Origin: Bdellovibrionales bacterium
GTDB taxonomy: Bacteria > Bdellovibrionota > Bdellovibrionia > Bdellovibrionales > UBA1609
Length of the DNA: 13,361 nt
Direction: 5' to 3'
NCBI GenBank assembly: GCA_050246815.1
Contig: JBFWVI010000037.1
Span: forward strand, 20,604-33,964
This document shows positions 7,367 through 13,361 of the stretch, in pieces. Below the pieces are notes generated by a model that was not told the DNA's origin, did not search any database, and saw only the letters and a list, made by a program, of their open reading frames with translations. The translations under genes were made by a program, and so were the position numbers. Position 1 is the stretch's first letter; each line of letters opens with the position of its first letter.

Positions 7367-7382
7367 TACAAAAAAGCAGCCA
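7367..7382 (-). promoter_or_regulatory. Candidate sigma54 (-24/-12) promoter
   Basis: Minus strand TGGCTGCTTTTTTGTA: correct GG-N10 spacing but GT instead of GC at -12. About 40 nt upstream of the strong RBS and divergent from a sigma54 activator gene. Confidence 0.45.
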
Positions 7383-7496
7383 CAAAAAATCTGTCTGTAC
7401 AGGAGCTGAATCGTTCTCAGGAAACAAATGTGGAAATTTGCCCCCATTTCAGATTTTATATTGGGGTAACCAGCCTCGTGGACTATCTTGTGCCCC

Positions 7497-8903
7497 ATGA
7501 GCAAGATACTTGTCATAGATGACGACATTGATTTGTGTGAGGTCACCAAGGCCTTTTTCACCCCTAAAGGATATCAAGTTGAAATGTTCAGCGAGGCCGG
7601 GCAAGCACTCAAAGCCGTGCTCTTGGGCCAACTTCAACCCGATGTCATCTTGGTCGACCTAAAAATGCCCATGATCTCGGGTCTTGAGTTTATTCAAAAA
7701 CTCAAAGAGCAAAAGATCGGCATACCGGTGATCGTCATCACCGCCCATCGAAATGTCGATACCGCCATGGAGTCCATCGAAGCCGGTGCGTTTGACTATG
7801 TGATCAAACCGCTGAACTTTCCGCAATTGATGATCTCGGTCGAGCGTGCACTTCGCTTTTCGATGCTACGAAGCGAAAACTCCACGCTGAAGTCTGCAAT
7901 TCAAATAAAAGAAGGCTCAGAACTCAGTGAGATCAGGGGCAAAAGCCCGGCGCTGCTGAAAGTCTTGGATTTGGCGAAGCGGGTCGCGGCCAGCAAGTCC
8001 AATATCTACATTTCAGGTGAAAGCGGAACCGGCAAAGAAGTTTTGGCTCGCTCTATCCACCGCATGAGCGGCCGCAGTCACAATCGCTTTGTTGCCATCA
8101 ATTGCTCGGCGATTCCAGAAAACCTTTTAGAGTCTGAGCTGTTCGGACACTCGAAAGGAGCTTTTACCGGCGCCACCGAAAAGCGAATCGGTTTGTTCCA
8201 AGAAGCCGAGGGTGGCACCTTGTTTCTGGATGAGATCGGCGACATGCCCCTGGCCCTTCAGGCCAAACTGCTGCGCGTGATTCAAGATAAAAAAGTCAAA
8301 CGCGTCGGCGAGAATCATGAGCAAGAGCTGGATTTGCGGATCATTTCGGCCACCCACAAAGACTTGCGAAGCGAGATCAAAAAAGGATTGTTCCGCGAAG
8401 ATTTATTTTTTCGTTTGAATGTGATCCCTTTGCATTTACCACCACTGCGTGAGCGCCTTGAAGACATTTTACCTTTGGCGGAGTTTTTCTTGAAAAAGTA
8501 CGCCTCGCTGAATGAGGTCAATGTGAAAGGCTTTAGTCGCGACGCGGTGGCCTGGCTGGTGAAAAACTCTTGGAAAGGCAATGTGCGCGAACTTGAAAAC
8601 ACCATCGAGCGCGCCGTCGTTATCAGTCGCAATAGCCAAATTGAATTGGACGACTTGACTCGCTTCGACCACGAGCTCAGCCCGGGCCTCAACAGCGGTG
8701 AACAAGAAAAAAGCTGGAATGAGCAGCAAAGCGCGGTGATGCCACTTGATTCCATAGTGAAAAAGTACATCAGCCATGTTTTACATCTCAATCGCGGAGC
8801 AAAAGACAAAACCGCCAAAGATCTGCGTATTGATCGCAAAACGCTGTACCGCAAACTGCAGGAAATTCAACAAGAGGAACATCTTGGAGCCACTACTAAC
8901 TGA
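7497..8903 (+). CDS. Sigma54-dependent response regulator (NtrC/AtoC/ZraR family bEBP)
   Basis: Receiver ([19 protein letters not shown]); AAA+ with [50 protein letters not shown]; Fis HTH ([15 protein letters not shown]). ATG 7497. Confidence 0.96.
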   Translation: MSKILVIDDDIDLCEVTKAFFTPKGYQVEMFSEAGQALKAVLLGQLQPDVILVDLKMPMISGLEFIQKLKEQKIGIPVIVITAHRNVDTAMESIEAGAFDYVIKPLNFPQLMISVERALRFSMLRSENSTLKSAIQIKEGSELSEIRGKSPALLKVLDLAKRVAASKSNIYISGESGTGKEVLARSIHRMSGRSHNRFVAINCSAIPENLLESELFGHSKGAFTGATEKRIGLFQEAEGGTLFLDEIGDMPLALQAKLLRVIQDKKVKRVGENHEQELDLRIISATHKDLRSEIKKGLFREDLFFRLNVIPLHLPPLRERLEDILPLAEFFLKKYASLNEVNVKGFSRDAVAWLVKNSWKGNVRELENTIERAVVISRNSQIELDDLTRFDHELSPGLNSGEQEKSWNEQQSAVMPLDSIVKKYISHVLHLNRGAKDKTAKDLRIDRKTLYRKLQEIQQEEHLGATTN

Positions 8904-9162
8904 GGATGTCGTGCAAAAGTACCTCGAGCGAAGGAGGGCTGACTATTTGGCCTGTCAGATCGCCCTGCGGCATCAAAATTTCGCTTTCCTAGCGCGTGTC
9001 GGCCACACGATCAAAGGCAATGGCGATACCTTTGGGTTTCCCGAACTGTCTACTCTTGGTAAAGAGTTAGAGTCCGCGGCAGCACGTGGCGACTTTTCGC
9101 ATATCACATTGCTTGTGGGCAAATTGGGAGACTGGTTGAATTGTCATTCAACAGCTTCTTGA
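8884..9162 (+). CDS. Stand-alone Hpt (histidine phosphotransfer) protein, about 92 aa
   Basis: Hpt motif RVGHTIKGNGDTFGFPELSTLGKELE. Probable TTG start 8884 with GAGGA RBS (8874-8878), overlapping the end of the regulator gene. Confidence 0.82.
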   Translation: MEPLLTEDVVQKYLERRRADYLACQIALRHQNFAFLARVGHTIKGNGDTFGFPELSTLGKELESAAARGDFSHITLLVGKLGDWLNCHSTAS

Positions 9163-9523
9163 CCGCCGCTTTAAGCTCAGACAGTTTCACCGGCTTTTGC
9201 ATAAACAAGGCATGGGATGGCTGATGCACTCTCTGTGGTAAATTTTCTTCTGCGGATAAAAAAATGACTGGCAGTGAAACGGGAAAGGCGCGCATTAAAC
9301 CCTTGGCAACACGATCACCGGTCATATCCGGTAAACTGTAGTCCAGAATTGCCAGGTCAAAATGCGGTTTGGCCGCCTTCAGATGGGCGAAAATATCCGC
9401 ACCGCAAGAAAATGCCGTGACCTGGTAGTTCAGCCCCTCTAAATAAGACTTAACCATAATCATGAGGTCCTCGTCGTCTTCGACGAGGACCACTTGTTTG
9501 TTGGAATTGTGTTTCACCCGCAT
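9104..9523 (-). CDS. Single-domain response regulator (CheY-like receiver)
   Basis: VVLVEDDED, phospho-Asp in LAILDYSLP, FLSA, MQKPV; GAGG upstream of ATG 9523. Confidence 0.88.
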   Translation of the reverse strand: MRVKHNSNKQVVLVEDDEDLMIMVKSYLEGLNYQVTAFSCGADIFAHLKAAKPHFDLAILDYSLPDMTGDRVAKGLMRAFPVSLPVIFLSAEENLPQRVHQPSHALFMQKPVKLSELKAAVKKLLNDNSTSLPICPQAM

Positions 9524-9535
9524 GGGACGCCTCAA

Positions 9536-9724
9536 TCAATATGCACGGCCCTTTTGCGGATTGGCGGGCAAGCCACCTTGACCCGCTACGGGCGGAAATT
9601 TTTGATCCGGCTCTTCTAGAACATCCTGACGGCGGACTTTGTACGGATGGCGCGACACGGGCTGCGGCGACCTGCCCATATGCCGCTTGTTCGCTTGTGA
9701 CTTATTTTTATTTTTATTTTTCAT
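9536..9724 (-). CDS. Small basic hypothetical protein (62 aa)
   Basis: Strong RBS AAGGAGG before ATG; tightly packed between co-oriented genes. Confidence 0.6.
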   Translation of the reverse strand: MKNKNKNKSQANKRHMGRSPQPVSRHPYKVRRQDVLEEPDQKFPPVAGQGGLPANPQKGRAY

Positions 9725-9733
9725 TTTGCCTCC

Positions 9734-10258
9734 TTAGATCGGCGTTTGTTGATATCCGTTGTAATGGGAATGAGGGGGCTCGGTGTGTGCTTTGGCGGCG
9801 GTCGCGGCCTGCCGGCTGGCTTGCTCTTCGTCGTGATCGTTGTAGCGCTTCACCTTTTGATGGGCGGTGTATTCGTGGATGATTTCACTTAAAGCCGCGA
9901 TAATCGGCGTCAGAATTGACTCGGATTCCATCTTCGACTTTTCAGATCGCTCGCGCAAAGTCACCATCCAAGACCACGCCGCCAAACCAAACACCGGCAA
10001 AGCGATCAAGATGAATCCCACTGCCGACAATCGACTCAGCGCCAAAATTTCGTACTGGCTGTAGACGTCATAAAGGTCCGCCAAGATTAAAAACAAGCCG
10101 CCCGCAAAAGTGGCGATTCCGATTCCGCCAACCGCGACACCAATCGCCAATCGCTGCAAGGTCTTATTGGCAAACTGTGCCATGGGGTTGGGGCCATTCG
10201 ACTGCAACGCGCGCGTCGACAGAAACGTCAACAAAAGCAAAAGCAGTTTGTTCAACAT
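9734..10258 (-). CDS. Hypothetical membrane protein (possible YqjE/holin-like partner of DUF883)
   Basis: RBS AAGGGGAG; hydrophobic N-terminus plus two TM-like segments (LAIGVAVGG...FLILA; AVGFILIALPVFGLAAWSW); directly downstream of the DUF883 gene. Confidence 0.7.
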   Translation of the reverse strand: MLNKLLLLLLTFLSTRALQSNGPNPMAQFANKTLQRLAIGVAVGGIGIATFAGGLFLILADLYDVYSQYEILALSRLSAVGFILIALPVFGLAAWSWMVTLRERSEKSKMESESILTPIIAALSEIIHEYTAHQKVKRYNDHDEEQASRQAATAAKAHTEPPHSHYNGYQQTPI

Positions 10259-10281
10259 GTGGTCTCCCCTTTCAACTCGCC

Positions 10282-10563
10282 TTAATGGCGACTCGAGCGT
10301 GACAAAAGATAACCTGCGGCTAGACCGACCAAGGCCGCTGTCCCGATGTAGTAAAGCGGATGTTCTTTGACTGATCTGTTCACCTTTTCCATCGCCATTT
10401 TTGCCTGCTCACTCAGTTCATGGGCACGCAAGCGGGCTTCGTCCTTGGCTTCCCCCAAAGCCTGACCTAATTTTTCTGCATCGACTTGATTTAAAACAGT
10501 GCCCATTTTGCCTTCGACCTTTTTGCCCACGCCCTCAAAGCTGCTGATTGCGGTTTGTGCCAT
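10282..10563 (-). CDS. DUF883 / ElaB-YqjD-YgaM family tail-anchored membrane protein (93 aa)
   Basis: C-terminal VKEHPLYYIGTAALVGLAAGYLLSRSSR motif after a helical N-terminus; RBS AAGGGGG before ATG 10563. Confidence 0.85.
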   Translation of the reverse strand: MAQTAISSFEGVGKKVEGKMGTVLNQVDAEKLGQALGEAKDEARLRAHELSEQAKMAMEKVNRSVKEHPLYYIGTAALVGLAAGYLLSRSSRH

Positions 10564-10611
10564 TGTTGCCCCCTTGTGATTGTTGTCTTGTTCGTTCCGA
10601 CGAGTCTCGAC

Positions 10612-10627
10612 TGCAACCTGCGGGCCC
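10612..10627 (-). promoter_or_regulatory. Sigma54 (-24/-12) promoter of the DUF883 operon
   Basis: Minus strand GGGCCCGCAGGTTGCA versus consensus TGGCACG-N4-TTGCW; exact GG-N10-GC; 48 nt upstream of the ATG. Confidence 0.65.
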
Positions 10628-10703
10628 CAGCTGCTGGGCGCTTTAATTGAATTTGAAATGAACTCGCGGGGTTTTCTTGAACGTCGCCGGTCAGATTTGT
10701 ACG

Positions 10704-11168
10704 CTAGAAGCCGATTCGGCTGACGGTGGTGGCGCGCCAAACTTGAGTGGCGGCGATCCAGTATCTGTTTCCGACTTCATCTTCAACGCGATACCAATTT
10801 TCGGGGTCGGCTTCCAAACGTTTGAAGGCGGTATAGCGATCCACGGTTTGCACATCCGCCAACGGTTGCTTCACCCCAGGGCCGGTGCGCAATTCTGCCG
10901 AGCGCACTTTGACGACCACGCAGCGCTCTCGCCCCGACAGTTCACTGACCAAAGCCCAGTGCACATCCCCATCCATGTCACGCACCTTGTACCAACCGCC
11001 GCGGCGTTCGATCTCGGCCAACGGCATATAGCGCCCCACCACCCAAGTGATCTTGGCTCCGGCATTGGGTTCCGCGCGAAGTCGGGTTTGATACGCCGAC
11101 ACGCACAGCGCTCGGGCCGGATCCACCACAAAACAAAGCGCCAATAAAAAAAGACCGAGTCGATTCAT
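10704..11168 (-). CDS. Secreted protein with two tandem bacterial SH3 (SH3b) domains
   Basis: Signal peptide MNRLGLFLLALCFVV; LRAEP...GGWYKVRDMDGDVHW and LRTGPG...NWYRVEDEVGNRYWI repeats. ATG 11168. Confidence 0.85.
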   Translation of the reverse strand: MNRLGLFLLALCFVVDPARALCVSAYQTRLRAEPNAGAKITWVVGRYMPLAEIERRGGWYKVRDMDGDVHWALVSELSGRERCVVVKVRSAELRTGPGVKQPLADVQTVDRYTAFKRLEADPENWYRVEDEVGNRYWIAATQVWRATTVSRIGF

Positions 11169-11207
11169 ATTTTTAGGATGGCAGCGGCTGATGTGTTTGG
11201 GCAATCC

Positions 11208-11975
11208 TTAAAGATCGAATTCGACCAACACCGGACAATGATCCGAGCCCATCACATCGTCTTGGATTTCAGCGCGTCGAATTTTCTTTGCTAAACCCGG
11301 CGTCACACAGATGTGGTCGATTCGCCAACCACGGTTCATGATGCGTCCACCCTCACGATAAGACCACCAGGTGTAGGCGCCCTTTTGTTCCGGATTTTTT
11401 GCCCGAAAGGTGTCGGTGAAACCTTGGTTTAAGAACTCTTTAAACCACTGACGCTCTTCGGGCAGGAACCCGCTTTCTTTGCTCAGGCGAACGGGGTCAT
11501 GCACATCGATGTCCAGGTAAGCCACATTGTAATCCCCAACCAGAATGATTTCGCGGCCTGAATCCTTGAGATTGGTGAGATGGCTCAGAAAGCGGGTCAA
11601 GAACTCCTGCTTAAACTCATGACGCTCGGGCCCAGACCCCCCGTTGGGAAAATACACGTTAAAGAGCAGGAAATCTTTGTGGTCCGTGATGACAAAACGC
11701 CCCTCAGAATCAAATTTTCGAATGTTAATCCCGTAATCCACATGCACGGGTTCTTGTTTGGTGTAGGTCACAATGCCCGAATAACCCTTGCGTTGCGCAG
11801 AAGACCAATAGCTCAAGTAGCCTTCAGGCAAACGCGTATCCTGATCCAATTGATCTGGGTGCGCTTTGGTCTCTTGCAAGCAAAGCATATCAGGCGCTTC
11901 GCGGCGTAAATAAGAGAACAGGCCCTTTTGCGCACAAGCGCGGATTCCATTGACGTTCCAGGTGATGATTTTCAT
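11208..11975 (-). CDS. xth: Exodeoxyribonuclease III (AP endonuclease)
   Basis: MKIITWNVNGIRA, LCLQETK, KGYSG, EGR, VYFPNG, GDYNVA, YTWWSYR, GWRIDH, GSDHCPV. Confidence 0.96.
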   Translation of the reverse strand: MKIITWNVNGIRACAQKGLFSYLRREAPDMLCLQETKAHPDQLDQDTRLPEGYLSYWSSAQRKGYSGIVTYTKQEPVHVDYGINIRKFDSEGRFVITDHKDFLLFNVYFPNGGSGPERHEFKQEFLTRFLSHLTNLKDSGREIILVGDYNVAYLDIDVHDPVRLSKESGFLPEERQWFKEFLNQGFTDTFRAKNPEQKGAYTWWSYREGGRIMNRGWRIDHICVTPGLAKKIRRAEIQDDVMGSDHCPVLVEFDL

Positions 11976-12095
11976 CGTTCTTGGATTAAAACCGGTTGCC
12001 CTTGATGTCACCAAAGCTTTGTGGCAAAAATATGCGCTGCTGTTTATTTTAATAACTCATGGCGTTACCCGCCACGACACTTGAAGGAGTCAACG

Positions 12096-12620
12096 ATGCC
12101 GATGATCGGTCAACCTGCCCCGCAATTCAAAGCTCCGGCCGTGGTGAACGGCGATTTCAAAGACATCAGCCTAGCCGATTACAAAGGCAAATGGGTTGTT
12201 TTGTTTTTCTATCCCTTGGATTTTACTTTTGTGTGCCCCACTGAAATCACCCAATTCCGCGACACCTTGAAAGATTTCAAAGCCGCCGGTGCCGAAGTCA
12301 TCGGATGCAGCGTCGATTCCGTTCACGCCCACAAACGTTGGATCAAAGACGACTTGGGTGAACTGGGCTATCCGCTGATCGGCGATGTCACTCACCGCGT
12401 GTCCCGCGACTATGGTGTTTTGTTGGAAGCCCAAGGCATTGCCACTCGTGGCACTTTTGTTATCGATCCCGACGGTGTGGTTCAATACATGGGCATTCAC
12501 AACTTGAACGTGGGTCGTGACGCCAATGAAATCCTGCGCGTGGTTTCGGGTTTGAAGTCGGGTGAGCTGTGCGCCGCCGGCTGGAAAAAAGGCGACAAAT
12601 TCCTCACACCCAAAGGTTGA
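12096..12620 (+). CDS. ahpC: Typical 2-Cys peroxiredoxin (AhpC/Prx1)
   Basis: FYPLDFTFVCPTE (peroxidatic Cys), RGTFVIDPDG, VGR, GELCAAGW (resolving Cys); RBS AAGGAG before ATG 12096. Confidence 0.95.
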   Translation: MPMIGQPAPQFKAPAVVNGDFKDISLADYKGKWVVLFFYPLDFTFVCPTEITQFRDTLKDFKAAGAEVIGCSVDSVHAHKRWIKDDLGELGYPLIGDVTHRVSRDYGVLLEAQGIATRGTFVIDPDGVVQYMGIHNLNVGRDANEILRVVSGLKSGELCAAGWKKGDKFLTPKG

Positions 12621-12623
12621 TCT

Positions 12624-13361
12624 TTGTCGTTCACGGCATTTTACCGCCGCGCGAACCAAATCCTTAAAGAAAAATTCCCCACGGCCGGTGAACTTTCACC
12701 GACCGTGGATTTGGAATTTTTAATTTCACCGCACCGTTTGCGTCTGCCAAAAAGTATTTTAAGCAAAGTCGAACCCGCCATTCGCGCCCATTATGAGGTT
12801 TGCCGGGGAAGTGATTATGTGGCCGGGCGGCGAACTCAGCATTTGCCGCTGGCCAAGTTAGAGCCGCGCCCTGATTCGGTTTTGATGGCCTATGACTTTC
12901 ATACCACGACCGACGGCAAAGCTTATTTGGTCGAGGTCAACACCAATGCCTCAATGTACCTGATCGGCTTATTACTTGAGGGCGCTCATGGCAAAACGGC
13001 CCAGTGGCAGGGTGTTGATACCGAAGAATCCCTATGGTCTTCATTTCAAAGTGAGTGGACCGCTTCGGGTCGAAGTGGCAAAGCCCATGTGGCCATTTGT
13101 GACGACGATATCCCTCAGCAAAAGATGCTGGTGGAGTTTTTGATGTACCAAGACTGGTTTGCGTCGCACGGCTGGTCGGCGCGACTTTGCGAAGGCTCCT
13201 CATTTCAAATTCAAAATAGCGTACTTTGTGACGACCAAGGCACCAAGGTGGACTTTGTTACAACCGCCTAACTGATTTTTTATTGGAAGATCCGCGCTTT
13301 CAGAATTTGCATCGCGCCTATGTGGATCAGTTGGCCGTCATCTCGCCCCACCCGTGGGCCA
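12624..13361 (+). CDS. Putative circularly permuted ATP-grasp / glutathionylspermidine-synthase-like protein, frameshifted at about 13259 and running off the window
   Basis: MAYDFH...YLVEVNTNAS motif. Restoring one T at 13257-13260 gives KVDFVYNRLTDFLLEDPRF...VISPHPW, open to the window end. Family assignment is from motif recognition only. Confidence 0.6.

Noticed and set aside
7049..7522. 157-aa plus-strand ORF
   Set aside because: No RBS or recognisable domain; it runs through the duplicated terminator and promoter region. Likely spurious.
9704..9721. (ATTTTT)x3 tandem repeat
   Set aside because: Short in-frame hexamer encoding KNKNKN; a copy-number change would not shift the frame.

Overview
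Bacterial chromosomal window, most likely Bdellovibrionales-like (inferred from gene content, an FxNC-type lipoprotein signal and sigma54 regulation). Housekeeping blocks: (i) minus-strand peptide ABC importer (family-5 SBP plus YejB- and YejE-like permeases, no ATPase); (ii) agmatinase-family gene plus tandem-PspC gene, converging on a single-Cys (probably Zn-free) DksA across a bidirectional terminator; (iii) SH3b protein, xth, ahpC and an ATP-grasp-like gene with an apparent 1-nt frameshift near the window end. About 7.3-10.6 kb is an accessory-looking signalling block: NtrC-type sigma54 activator, stand-alone Hpt and single receiver with no histidine kinase, plus a DUF883 operon with a good sigma54 promoter. 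The most unusual non-genic features are a 159-bp structured element with 40-bp inverted arms and GGA-loop hairpins (952-1110), and a 138-bp, 131/138-identical duplicate of the pspC/dksA 3' ends and terminator placed upstream of dksA (7162-7299). That copy is fed by a sigma54-like promoter, a strong RBS and an unlisted 36-aa ORF that runs through the terminator. This could be a leader-peptide attenuator or small RNA, or only a rearrangement scar. No RNA genes, CRISPR arrays, integrases, transposases or reverse transcriptases were recognised.
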